Shown: positions 1-13,174 of the stretch, piece after piece | Layout: each line of letters starts with the position of its first letter | Numbering within the stretch: the first letter of the stretch is position 1 | From: Dimorphilus gyrociliatus | Taxonomy: Eukaryota; Animalia; Annelida | Direction of reading: 5' to 3' | NCBI GenBank assembly: GCA_904063045.1 | Contig: CAJFCJ010000001.1 | Span: 3,348,001-3,412,000 of the forward strand | Length of the DNA: 64,000 bases | Notes under the pieces: model-generated | Databases searched by the model: none | The model's input: the letters and a program-made list of their open reading frames with translations, nothing else | Told to the model about the DNA's origin: nothing | Position numbers and translations under genes: made by a program

Positions 1-1623
1 ATGGTTGTAAGGACGGATTTATCAGACATAGAACAGAAGGAACTTGCACACCATGTACGGGAAGTGGAGTTTCAAGATGTGCATACGAGACAGCAACTAG
101 TGATACTCTCATACCAAAGATATGCAAAACAGGATATAAATTAAACACTGCTATTTCACCAGTAGCATGTGAAAGTATGAAGATCATTATAAACATTCCA
201 TACTTGTTTTGAGATTGTTAAAAACGAATTTTATCTTTTCAGAGTGTGATCCTAATTGTAAAAGCTGCGAAACAAATGGAAAAGACAAGTGTGATTCAGG
301 ACAATGTAATTCTGGTTATTTCTTTGATTCTAGTGATCAAAAGTGTTACAACAATAAAGCTGGTTGTCTTGCTTCAACTAGAAGTAATGGAAAGATCACT
401 TGTTCATCATGTAATACAGCAACTTCGGTACTTTCCAATGGTGAATGTAAAACATGTCCTACTGGTTGTAGTGGATGTTCATTTGATGCTCAAACAAGCA
501 AATTTACTTGTTCATCTTGTATAGCAAAATATTACAAAACATCTGATAATTTGTGTTTGCCTTGTCCAACTGGTTGCAGTGCTTGTTCTCTCAATGGAGC
601 ATCAGTTGAATGTACAAGTTGTCTTGCAACATATGGTTTGAAAGGAACTGCGTGCGAATTATGTGGTATTGGAGAATGTCAAACATGTTCTGTTCCATCT
701 GGTGGAAGTGGTTTGGTTTGTTTAACATGCTCAAATAAGTTTTATTTGAATAGTGATGATTGTGGTCAATGTCCGAAATTCTGTAAAGAATGTTCATATA
801 ATCAAAAATATGAATGTACAAAGTGTTATGATAGATATGCAAAGGCATCAGATGGAACATGTGTACCGTGCCCATCAAACTGTGAAACATGTACAGCCAA
901 TGCAGATAAGACAACAAGATGTACAAAATGCATATCAAAGTCATTTTCTTTAAAAACTGATGGAACTTGTGTACCATGTTCGGAAGCTGTTTTTGCTAAT
1001 TGTGCAACTTGTGGACCAACTCCTTCAGGTGGAAAAGCGAAATGTGATATGTGTAGTGGAGGATTTACTCTACAAGATGATAAACTAGCCTGTGTTTCAT
1101 GTTCAATTACGGGATGTGGAATGTGTGCACATGGTCGCATATGTTCGAAATGTAAATCAGGATTCTATTTACATAATTATGATAGAGAATGCGCAAGTTT
1201 GTTTTTTATTGATATAGTTTTTGTTGATTTTTGATATGTATCAGTAATGTATTGTTTTTTTTTTCAGGAAAATGTTTCGAATGTAAAGGAAATCAGGCAG
1301 ACTGTGGAAATGATATATCAAGTACCAAGAATTCTACTGATAAAGTGAAGGTAATTGATTGTGGAATTGGTGATTGTTGGGCCTATAGAACAGAAATTTC
1401 GGGAACAATAACATTTGCAAGAGGATGCTCAAATGAAACTTGCACATCCGCTAATGAAAATGAAAATTGTAAAACGGTAAATGGAAAGAAAGAATGTGTA
1501 CAGTGCTGTAGAGGAGAAAGATGTAATACTTGGGCATTGGATGGTAAAGCAGGCGTAGCAGGATTATTTGCAACATGTTTCATTATTGCTGTATCAAGTA
1601 TCCTTTCCATCTTAATCAATTGA
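1..1623 (+). CDS. Copy A (3' part only) of a giant cysteine-rich furin-like-repeat surface protein with C-terminal Ly6/uPAR domain and GPI-type tail
   Basis: Exons <1-174, 243-1196 and 1268-1623, joined in phase 1 across GT..AG introns 175-242 and 1197-1267. Repeated CxxC..C motifs; last exon KCFEC...CCRGERCN followed by a small-residue stretch (DGKAG) and a hydrophobic C-terminus with no cytoplasmic tail. Homologous to exons 9-11 of copies B, D and E. Confidence 0.85.
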
Positions 1624-2927
1624 AGTATTGAACTTTGAAATTGTTATAATATTGTGAAAGTTAAGAATGTTTTAATTAAATATTAATTGAAAATGATGAA
1701 AATTGTAACTGTAATGAAATGAAAGTCAATAATGATGCTTATTGATAGGTTGATTTTTTGTTTATGATAAAAATTATGATTCCTCTCTTAATACAAGCTG
1801 ATGACTTTTGATGATCAAAGCCAATAGTTCTTTTATATTATTAATATTGAAAAAAGAATTATTTGCTCTTTGTAGAAGAATATTTGTTTATTATTGAATC
1901 ACATAAAGAAATATATAGTATAATAGATAACATTTTTCTATCTTGTTTAAGAGAAGAAATATTTCACTATTTCATTAATTTGATATCCAAATAATGATAT
2001 TGAAAGATGCTTTTGTATAGGCAAAATTGAATGTAATTACAGAAAATCGTTTCTCCATCATGAAAATTTTAGTAACAAAATCGTATCTGTCAAACAACAT
2101 TGGAATAGAGGTTGACAAAAAGTGTTCATAAGTGAGATATTGAAAGGTAGCATTTTGTGTTGAACAATGTGGTTGGAGGTTTCAATCTAATCAAAAAGAT
2201 TAGAAATAGATAAGGGCTACCTTAGGGTTAGGGTAAAATTTTTGACTTTTTCTGTTGCATCCAGTTGCATTACACAATCCAAAAGTATTTTTATAATCAA
2301 ATAAACTGTTGTTACATATAAATTTATATATACTTGATATATATTTATATATTACTAATATATCCAAATTTTCCTTATAAGTATACAAAAAGGCATTGAG
2401 GAATGTAAAGCTCTCTACATTAGGAAACACTTAAAACCTTTGAGGAGCTTCTTCTTCACAACAATATCTCTATTCTATAAATCTGTCAATTGTTTATTTC
2501 ATGGTTATTTTTGTGAATTCTTATTGTTAAAATGCTGTACTCGCATTTCGTTTGAGAAAATGCTACTTTACTTGAAGATATAGCTTTTATTGCCAGAAAC
2601 ATATATTATGGACTTTTGCCTTATTTTTTACATTTTTTCCGTCTGTTTCCCAGATGTGACAATATTTTACTGTTGTTTTCAAAGCACGCGTGGCGTTTTT
2701 CATATTGCGAAGATTGTACCTCTACATAATTTATGTATAAACCAGATGATATGTTATTTTACCTTTACAAGTACTTAAAACGTAGAAAGGAAAAATAATC
2801 GCTATTATCAATGACAGCAACAAAAAATACATCAATTATCCAAAAACAGAAAAGAAAATGATATTGTTGAATTGAATAAAAACATCTGCTTCAGCTAATT
2901 TTATCTATCAATTTTTGATAAAAGACT

Positions 2928-5900
2928 TCAAGTTTTGTTGATTAATATTGAGAATATAAATGAGAAATATATATATAAACTGATTACAGTTTGTCTCGCT
3001 GAACCTGCTTTACCATCCAATGCCCAAGTATTACATTTTTCTCCTCTACAACATTTTACGCACTCTCTCTTTCCTTCTATTGTTTTGCAATTTTCATTCT
3101 CATTTGACGTGGTACAAGTTTCATTGGAACATCCTCTTGTAAATATTACTATTTCTGATACTTCTTTTCTATAAGCCCAACAATCACCAATACCACAATC
3201 AATTATTTTCACTTTGTCTGTCACATTCTTTATATCAGACACGTCATTTCCGCAATCTTCTTGATTTCCTCGGCATTCGTAACATTTTCCTATGAAAATT
3301 TCAAATATGTTAGACATATACTTTAAAACATTGATAATTTTAAGATTAGGACAAATAACAAACTTGCACATTCTCTATTGTAATTGTGTAAATAGAATCC
3401 TGATTTACATTTCGAACATATTCGACCATGAGAACATAATCCACATCCGATAATTGAACATGGAACACAAGCTAAATTATTATCTTGTAAACTATATCCT
3501 GTTTCGCAGCTAATACAATTTGCTTTCCCACCAGAGGGTGTTGCACCACATGTTGCGCAATTTGTAAAAGCAGCTTCCGAACATTTTACACATGTTCCAT
3601 CAGCTTTGAGTGAAAAGGCATTTGATGAACAATTAATACAAACTGTTGTTTTATCCTGATTAACTTTACACATTTCACAATTTAGTGGACAGCGAACACA
3701 ACTTCCATCAGGTGCTATACCATAACCAGCATAGCATTTTGAACATTGATACGTTCCATTGTGTGAGCATTCCATACAAAAATTAGGACATTTCCCACAA
3801 TCATCGGAATTCAAATAGAATTTATTTGAACATGTTAAACAAATAAGACCACTTCCACCAGACTGAACGGAACATGTTTGACATTGTCCAATGCCACATA
3901 ATTCACATGAAGTTCCTTTCAAACCATAAGTAGCCAGACAATTTGAACATTCAACATTTGCGCCATTTAGAGAACAAACACTGCAACCAGTCGGGCAAGC
4001 TTTGCATAAACCGTCTGACGTTTTATAGAATTGGGCATTACAAGAAATACAAACATAATTTTGAAGTGTTTCATCAAAATTACATTCCCTGCAACCAGGA
4101 GGACATGCTATACATTCACCACTTGAGAGTAAAACAGTGGCTGTATTACAACTGTTGCATATAGTTTTACCATTACTTCTTAATGATGTTATACAATTAT
4201 CTTTGTTTTTATAACATATCTGCTCTACTGAGTCATAGAAGTATCCGTCTTTACAACTTTGTGAATCACATTTTCCCTTTTTGTTTATATCACATTTCTT
4301 ACAGTTCACGTCACATTCTGTTGAATATATAGTTATTATTAAAAGATTTTTATAGCCTAGATAAATGCTAAGAATTTACTTTCACAAGTAATAGGTGTTA
4401 TTGCAGTGTTCAGCGTGTAACCTTCTATACAAATTTTCGGTACAAGTACATCACTAACTGCTGTCTCATATACACATCTGGACACTCCCGTTCCTATACA
4501 TGGTGTGCAAGAGCCATCAGTCCTATGCTGAATATATCCAATTTTGCAACCATTAGGAAGACAAGAATCTCCATTTAGACAGAAGCTACACCCAGCTACG
4601 CATGGTTCACAATTTCCTTTGTCATCCATGTAATAACCATTCTCACATTTTAAGCATATATCATTATTATTAACATCTCTTACGCATATTGCACAGTTAG
4701 TCTTGCCGCAATATACGCAAGTGAAATCTGCATCATTGAGGGCGTATGAAGAACAGCCAAATGATAAACATAATGTTCTTGTAATATCGGCAGGATCAAT
4801 TCTGCATTCACTACAAGTCAAAGGAGATACTGGACATTGTATACAATTTCCAGCGGAATTTAGTATGTAGCCAGCAATACATTCTTTACATTTTGAAACT
4901 GAAACAGTTAATGACCCAATTACCTCGCAAACTTTACAATTAGCAACAGCTCCAGCTGTAGTTGCTTGACAATTGATACAAGCTGATTTATCAGATTTCA
5001 ATTGAAAATTATCCATACATTTTGTACATTTACAATTAGTGCCATCGTAATCAAATTCTGCACAGTTGGCAATCTGAGTTGTAGAACATAGAATACAACT
5101 GTCTCCGGCAGTATTTAAAAATTTATTTGCATTCCGGTCGCATGTGCATTCACAAGTACTTTTACCTTCCTTAACAGCTATTGTTCCTCCATTACAAGTT
5201 TGCGTACAGTCAAGGCAGGATTGGGCATCTGCTGATGCTTGTTTTCCTGCATCACATTGCTTACAGACAACAATGTATGATGAACTTTTAAGTCTTAGTG
5301 TATGTTTATCTGCGGAACAACCAGGAATGGTATTAACAGCCATACATCCAGAATGATCTAGCTTCATAAAATATAAAACTGAGGCTGTGTTAGCTATACA
5401 TTTTCCACATTTGCAGTTGCCATTTAATCCAATAATTAAAGCGCAATTGGCTAATGTTGTACTAGTACAGTCAATACATTGATAGTTAGTTGCAACTGAT
5501 GTATCAAGGGTAAATCCATTAGAGCAGCCTGTACATCTACCAGTTGCTCCTGAAAAAGTTGGAGAACCATTTGTTATATAACCTATGCAGTTTGGGCCCC
5601 CCTGATTTGCTGTTGGGACTATTTCTGCTGATCTAAAGTCACTCTTGAGAACAGCATTTACAACAGTCACCTTACAGTTCGCAACGCCAGCATTGTCAAA
5701 CGAATAGCCTGATTTACAGTTTGTCACTTCAGCAGTACATGTTGCACCTGTCAAAACATAACCTGAATCACATTTTGTGCAATCGTTAGCAGTTCCAGCT
5801 CCTTTTTTAGCTATTATACAATTGGGTGTTAGAGCATCAGAATTTTTTGGTGTACATGTAGCAATAACACCCTCTTCATTAGGAGTATTCGCAGGATCGA

Positions 5901-8900
5901 AAACTTTTCCAGTATCGCATTTTATACATTGACATGTTGAAGGGGCAGTAATTACCCATGGGGTAGCACAATCAGGATCAGCAGGACAACCGCTACTATC
6001 ACCGATACAATTAAGTGCTGCACTTGCAGGAACTCCAGAATTTGTAGCAACACAAGAGGTACATTTACTTGCACTAATACATTCTTTGCAGGCTACTGGA
6101 CACAAAGTACATTTGTCAGTATCTAGAAATGTCCCAGGTGCACATTTTAAGCAAGTGGCATCTGTTGTTGTAGCTGCTGGTGTACTTGACCAATCTGTAC
6201 ATTTACTACCAATCACTGCAAATAAAGTCAGTTAAAATACATTATAAATTACAACACTTATATGTATAGCTATACCTAAACAAGAATTTGGTACAGTTCC
6301 AGATTTAATGTATCCATTTTTACAAGTATCAATTGCTTTGGGATTTGGTCCATCCAAAGCACCTGAACACCAGATTGCATTTGGAAACTCTGTACTACAG
6401 GCTATGAAAAGGAAAGTGTTATAATATTTATCTTTTATATCTTATAAAGAAGTATATATAATACATACGACTGCATCCTTGAGTACCAGTTGTACTTTGA
6501 AGTACAGTTGGCCTACCTGTAGAAGTCTGATCGCCAATACATCCACCAGATTTACATTTACATGTACCACTCGAATATTCATAAGTTTTGCAATGTGGTG
6601 TTGCTGAGGCGCAATCTATATAATGAATATACAGTATAATAATTACCGTTGGACGGGTATATTTGTTAAAAATACTATAAACATATAGTCTACTAAATAG
6701 TCATATATACGTTTTCATACCATAGCATCCCGGGGTTGGTACATCACCAATATTTATGGCAATCCAGATTTTTGTACCTGTACATGTTTTACATAAAACA
6801 TCCGTTTTGTCGCTATTAAGGCCGCAATCTGAGCAATCAACTCCACAACTTTTACATAAGCCAGCATTTGCTCCTGCTTGAATAACAGCTCCTCCTGCGC
6901 ATGATCTACAAAAACATGCTTCATTTTCATCGTTTTGCATATATTCATCGCAAAGAGTGTCTACAGGACAAGCAGTGGAACATGTTTGAGTTGTAAATGA
7001 GAACTTTTTATTTGCTGCTGAATTTCTCTTTGAAGCGCAAGGAGATCTAAGACATTGTACATTTGAACCAATTACTTCACAGTAATCACAATTCGCAATT
7101 GAACATGGCATACAAGATTCAATAATGACTGTGGAACCACTCTTATATTTTGGAGCATAATTTGCTTTGCATTTTAAGCATGTATATCCTGTCGATCGCT
7201 TTTTACAATAGTCACAACCAGATGGACAAGCAAAGCAATTTCCACTCTCATCATCATAAGCAAAGCCTTGTGCACATTTGGATGCGTAACAAATTGGTAA
7301 CGAAGCTAAAGAGCTTACAAAATAGCATTTCAAGCAATTATCGGGACAGGCTGTATATAAGAGATTAAAAGGAATATTTCTTATCATTTTAAGGTGGGAA
7401 TAATTTACTTACCAATACATTTTCCGTCACTTTTTCTTGTCCAAGACTGTCCACCTTCATTTTCTACACAAGAATGACTTACGCTTGATCCAATACATTC
7501 AGTTCTGGACTGTTCTGAGACCCATGTACATGCATTACAATTATCTGGACATTTGATGCACACACCGTCCGAATTCAATGCATATTTCGATTCGCATCTC
7601 CCAGCTTTACAAACTAATGTTTTGCTTGAGGATAGTTCACATTCAAGACAATTATCCAGACATCTATCACAAACCTTTAGTTCAACCTTTGTATAATAAC
7701 TTGTGCATTTTGTGCATTTGATAAGATCATTCGTTTCAGTACAAGAATCACAGTTTCTAGAACAGGCAGAACAGGAGCCGTCTTTCAGATAATAGCCAGT
7801 TGTACACTTTGTACATATGTTGATACTACTTCTAGCATCACATTCAATACATGCTGAATGAATTGAGCTACATTTTTCACATTTATTTAAAGTTGTCAGA
7901 GCGTAGGCCTTAGATTTACATTCAGTGCAAGTATCTTTATCGGAACATTTGTTGCATCCAGATATTGAAGATGAGCACAATTTACAAGTGTTGATATTAT
8001 CATTTGTTACCTTGTAAGCATTGTTATCGCAAGAACTACAACTTATCCCTCTATTTTTGTCGTAAGAGCAAATTTTGCAGTAGGCTAGACAAGCTGAAAA
8101 GAAATAAAGAATTTGAATAAGATAAATACTGTACTATAGATTCCTATATCTTTTATACATTTTGGTGGTTATCCAGCATTTGTTGAATGAGTAAACTCAT
8201 TAATTTTAATAAGATAAGTGAGGGATAAGGGTTAATTCTCATGGTTTGTACCTAAACTTGATATATAGCTATAGATAAATATACTGTATACTTGTACATA
8301 TGTAATCAATGCAATTCAATTATCTATAAAATATTTCAAGTGAACTTATTTACATGTGCATCCAGTATCTTTGTTGATGTATCTATTGTCACAAACATCA
8401 CATATTGCACTTGAAATTGACGAGCTCCACGAACATTGAATACAATTTGACGGACAGGTAACACATTCTTTCGATGTATCTTTCATTACGTAATTGGAAT
8501 AGCAGTCTAAACATTCTCTGTCACTTGTACAATTTCTACATCCAGTTGGACATTCTACACATAAAGTAAGATTAATAATAAGTATAGGCTTTTAAAATTT
8601 AAGGTATTGTCGTACCGTAACATTTCGATTCCTTGAGATAGTAGCGATCTATACATCCTTCGCAGTATGTAGCATCATTTTCATTTGAAACATCAGCTTT
8701 TAGTTTACATTTTCCAATGGAACAGTATTCCGGACATTCTATTCGCGTTTATAATTGTCAATAAAAGACATTCAACATCAGATATAATAAATAAAAAAAA
8801 ACAAACTAAAGCATTTGACTCTATCAGCTGAAGGAATTCTTCCATCTAAGCACATTCCACAAGTTGCAATACGATCACCTGATTTTCCAGTTTCACAATT

Positions 8901-9052
8901 ATAAATTTCAGTGTTTGGTACTGTGGCTAATTGGGAATCTGTCGTTTTATTCGTTGTTTTATTGATAAATTTATTAGGCATAAATAACTAATACTTCTAT
9001 TCTTACATTGAATAGCCAGAGCAAAAGAAACTATCACGAAAATGCTGTTCAT
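2928..9052 (-). CDS. Copy B: intact 11-exon cysteine-rich furin-like-repeat/Ly6 GPI-type surface protein, about 1,745 aa
   Basis: Exons 9052-9007 (MNSIFVIVSFALAIQ, signal-peptide-like), 8938-8807, 8738-8616, 8554-8354, 8093-7413, 7350-6721, 6615-6469, 6401-6276, 6215-4380, 4317-3364, 3289-2928. All introns GT-AG and phase 1; summed length 5,238 nt, in frame; ends CCRGEKCNTWALDGKAG plus hydrophobic tail. Confidence 0.85.
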
Positions 9053-9896
9053 TAGTAATTTCCTCTGATCTTTCTAAATAATAAACCTTTAAACTAAAAA
9101 TTCACCTTACCTTTATTATAGAAAAAATAAGACTGACCTTGTTCCTTTAATAAAAAAGGCGAGATATAAAATGAATAAATGCTGCACGATTCCAATCTTT
9201 AAAGTGCGAATTAAATTTTCTAAAACTATAGAAAAGAGTTTAATGCTAATCTGTTTCATGAATGTAAAGAATACTAACTAGTTGTCAAAATAGAAAATGC
9301 AACTTTTTAAGAATGAGAGTATCGTTTTAGAATTATTAATCCGAGGATTATATCTTTCTTTGATAAAAACACATACACGAATACCTATTACACTTGGTCT
9401 ATTTCTTTTATCTCTTATTTCTTTTCCAATATGTAAGGTTCTTCTATAAATGGCGTTCTTTGGATTGGCATATTTTATAGTAATAGAAAAATGTTTTTCT
9501 CAGTTATACTTAACGCAACGAGTTGTTCAAATTATAGTCAAAAGGATTAGTATTTTATTAGTGTGCTTTGAATAACTAAACCTGTAGGAGTCCACTTTAA
9601 AGATTTTTCTTCATGTTTGTTTTTATATAAACTTGTCTAAACTGCAAGCTATACTCAAGCATTGCTATGTTACAAGAATTATCATGAAAGAGATACAAAA
9701 CAACATTGGCGAGTTCTTAATACTTAAACTTTAGATATTGCGAACAGTATTTCATTATGTTTGAATAATTTGTTCAAAATGGAATTGCTAATATCTTGTA
9801 AAAAAGACATTGTTCAACAACTGAAAAGAAAATACTATTTAATTGCAGCATTTTAGAATTTGACATAGATAATTATAAAAAGAGATCAAACTAATC

Positions 9897-11040
9897 TTCA
9901 AAGAAAAAGTATCCACAATAGAAAATAAAATATGGAATAAACCAAATTCAGATAGAAAACTTACTTTATTTATTAAGGTTGAGGAATTCTAAACGCAAAC
10001 CTTAAAGCTGTACTCTATTCACAATAGAAAAACAGAAAATATTAATCGCTTAATTGATGTAAAGGTCGTTCATTGACTATTCAATACTTCAATGATTTTC
10101 TTATTAACAATCAATCAATCCTTTACATTTATTCAACAATTCAGTCCTATCTAAACTATGCAAGAAGACTATTAGAATTGTGGATTAAGTCGAAAAACTG
10201 ATTAAATATGTTTAATAGTTTAAGACTAGACTAAAGCTTCTTTTCTTTTAATTACATATTGTATTACTAATATTCCACACTTTTCAACTGGAAAAAAGGG
10301 CTATCAATATATTATTCATTTTTTCGTTAGCAATAGTTAATCCTTCCAAGATAAACTCTTTTAAGGCTCTTTATAAAAGAGCGTTCCTTAAAAGTATATC
10401 ACATAGTCATACATTTATTAATAACAATAGATCCTTTCTATTTCTTATTCTTTTCAAAATTGATTAAATATCATGAAGACTCATCAGCTTGTATTCATAA
10501 AGGTATCATAATTATTATCATCAGCAAAAATTCAACATTTCAACAAGCATCATTATTGAATCTTCTTTCATTACATTTTCAATTTACATCAATACAACTA
10601 TTTCAACAATACTTGATTGAAATTACAAACCCATTTAATCGATTTATCCATAATTCAATGTTCAACTAATTAGTTCATCAACATATATAAAATGTTGGAT
10701 AATTTAATAATGAAACACGTTGCAATTAATCCTGTTCCACCTGCGCCTAATGGCCAGGTATTACATTTTTCACCTCTACAGCACTGTTTACATTCTTTCT
10801 TTCCAGGTACAGCTTTACAATTTTCATTTTCATAAAGAGGTGAACAAGTTTCGTTTGAGCATCCTCTTGAAAATGTTATTGATCCTAAAGTCTCTGTTGT
10901 ATAAGCCCAACAATCACCAACTCCACAATCTATTAATTTCACATTTGCTGTTTCTTCCTTTACATTAGAAAGTTCATTTCCACAATCAGTTCCATTTCCT
11001 CTGCATTCAAAGCATTTTCCTTAAAAAAGATTCAAGTATA
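9897..11040. repeat. About 1.1 kb block duplicated almost identically at about 26495-27640 (last exon and downstream flank of copies C and D)
   Basis: Line-by-line match with a constant offset of 16,598 bp. ORFs 10460-10669/27058-27267 and 10670-10942/27268-27540 are identical in the ORF track. Confidence 0.9.
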
Positions 11041-11469
11041 TAAAAATATATAATAAGACATAAATAAATTCAGAATTGAGACAAAAAACTTGTGCGTTCT
11101 CTGTCATAATTTTGTAACTAGAAACCCGATTTACATTTCGAACATATTCAACCATGAGCACATAATCCACATCCGATAATTGAACATGAAACACACGCTA
11201 GTTTATCATCTTGTAAAGTAAATCCTTCACTACACATATCACTTTTCGCTTTTCCACCTGATGGAGTTGGTCCGCAAGTTGCACAATTTGCAAAAGGAGC
11301 TTCCGAACATGATACACAAGTTCCATTGGTTTTTAAAGAAAATGATTTTGATATGCATTTTGTACATCTTGTTGTCTTATCTGCATTGGCTGTACATGTT
11401 TCACAATTTGATGAACATGGTACACATGTTCCATCTGATGCCTTTGCATATCTATCATAACACTTTGTA

Positions 11470-12415
11470 TTAGGTAGGATCGAGAAATTCTGTACGTTTT
11501 GCTGTAATTTTAAAATGGCCTAACTAATACTAGTAATATTTTCCAAATATATTACTTAATCTGTAAACTTTCATTGTGAAAATTTTCATTCGGCTGTGTC
11601 GAGCTATTACAAAATTATATCGGTGCAAGCAACAGCAAGTCATATCTACATGTTCCGATCAACAAAAAATATTGCATTTTTAGTGGATGGGATGGCCTCT
11701 TCAAAGAATATTTATACATTGTTAAAAAGCTATTTTGAGGATGAAACTCTGCATGAAGGTTCAGTAAGAAGGTGGGTATTTAACATATAAAAGGGGGAAA
11801 CAAATTTTGAAAACTTGCTGAGATCTGATCACTAAGCCAACCAAAAAACTGTTATATTATGTTTTAGGGGACTGTTGTGGCAAAATCAATGTGAATTTAT
11901 GAGTATGGAGAAACAGTAAGCTTTAAAAAATACAAAGGATGTCTAAAAGGTTAAGAAAGAAGTTTCACTAAATTCCACCCAAAAAAGAGATAATGTTGAA
12001 GCATGACAGTGCCAGACCTCTTACAAGTTTTTAAACAATACATTTTTTAAGAGGTCAAGGATGGTCATTATTTTCACATTCACCCTATAGCCCTAGTTTG
12101 GCAACACCTGAATACTATATTTTTAGAATATTGAAAGATTACATTCAAGCAGTACAATATAAAAATTTGGACAAATTAAAAAAAAGGATTAGGGATTTTC
12201 TGAGGAGAAAAAAATCATGCATTTATCGGAACATCATAGACATACATCCCACAAAATGGCAGACAAGTATGGATAATGGAAGGGACTGTTAAAAAATAAA
12301 ATGGTTAATTTTTCTAGAGTAGTCTATAGGCTAAAACATAAAAAAAAATTATTAAAATAAGCAAACTACTATAAATATAAATACAAAACGTACAGAATTT
12401 TTCGATCGTACCTAA
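11470..12415 (+). mobile_element. Degenerate, internally deleted mariner-like DNA transposon (946 bp)
   Basis: 32-bp terminal inverted repeats (TTAGGTAGGATCGAGAAATTCTGTACGTTTTG ... CAAAACGTACAGAATTTTTCGATCGTACCTAA, 2 mismatches) and a TA target-site duplication at 11468-11469/12416-12417 inside exon 10 of copy C. Decayed transposase motifs HDSARP (about 12003) and SPYSPSLATPEYYIF (about 12080), related to the mariner HDNARPH and YSPDLAPSD motifs. Confidence 0.85.
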
Positions 12416-13174
12416 TATATTCATATTTTTGATTGTATAAACATTCTTTACGGAATTTCGGTAATATAAATAAAATTTATTTGAACAAGTTAAACAAACA
12501 AGACAACTCCCACCAGATGGAAGAGAACACGTTTAACATTCTCCAATACTACATAATTCATATGAAGTTTCTTTCAAACCATATGTTGCAAGACAACTTG
12601 TACATTCAACTGATTCTTCATTGAGAGAACAAGCACAGAGGCGAACACAAATTATCAGTTGTTTTGTAATATTGTGCTGTGCAAGATGAACAAGTAAATT
12701 TGCTTATTGCGGCATCAAATGAGCATCCACTACAACCAGTAGGACATGTTTTACATTCACCATTGGAAAGTACCGAAGTTTCTGTATTACATGATGAACA
12801 AGTGGTCATTCCATTACTTCTAGTTAAAGCAAGACAACCAGCTTTATTGTTGTTATATCTTTGATCACTAGAATCAAGGAAATAATCAGAATTACATTTT
12901 CCTGAGTCACACTTGTCTTTTCCATTTGTTTCACAGCTTTTGCAATTAGGATCACACTCTGAAAATATATAATTTGTGTTAAATAATCTGCAAACAAAAC
13001 TGTAACATTTATAATTATCTTCATACTTTCACATGCTACTGGTGAAGCAGCAGTGTTTAATTTATATCCTGTTTTGCATATCTTTGGTATGAGGTTGTCA
13101 CTAGTTACTGTCTCATATGCACATTTTGAAACTCCACTTCCAGTACATGGTATGAGAGTTCCGTCACTTCTGTG

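Noticed and set aside
591-977. Many short antisense or alternate-frame ORFs overlapping the Cys-rich exons (e.g. 591-977, 24612-25040, 27912-28298, 29966-30277)
   Set aside because: These are shadows of the repetitive TGT/TGC-rich coding strand. They recur only because the real exons are duplicated and show no independent motifs.
2221-2233. TTAGGGTTAGGG telomere-like motif
   Set aside because: Only two units; too short to indicate an interstitial telomere.
10460-10669. Identical 69 aa ORF at 10460-10669 and 27058-27267
   Set aside because: It lies antisense to the 3' flank of C/D inside the duplicated block; identity reflects the duplication, not coding constraint.
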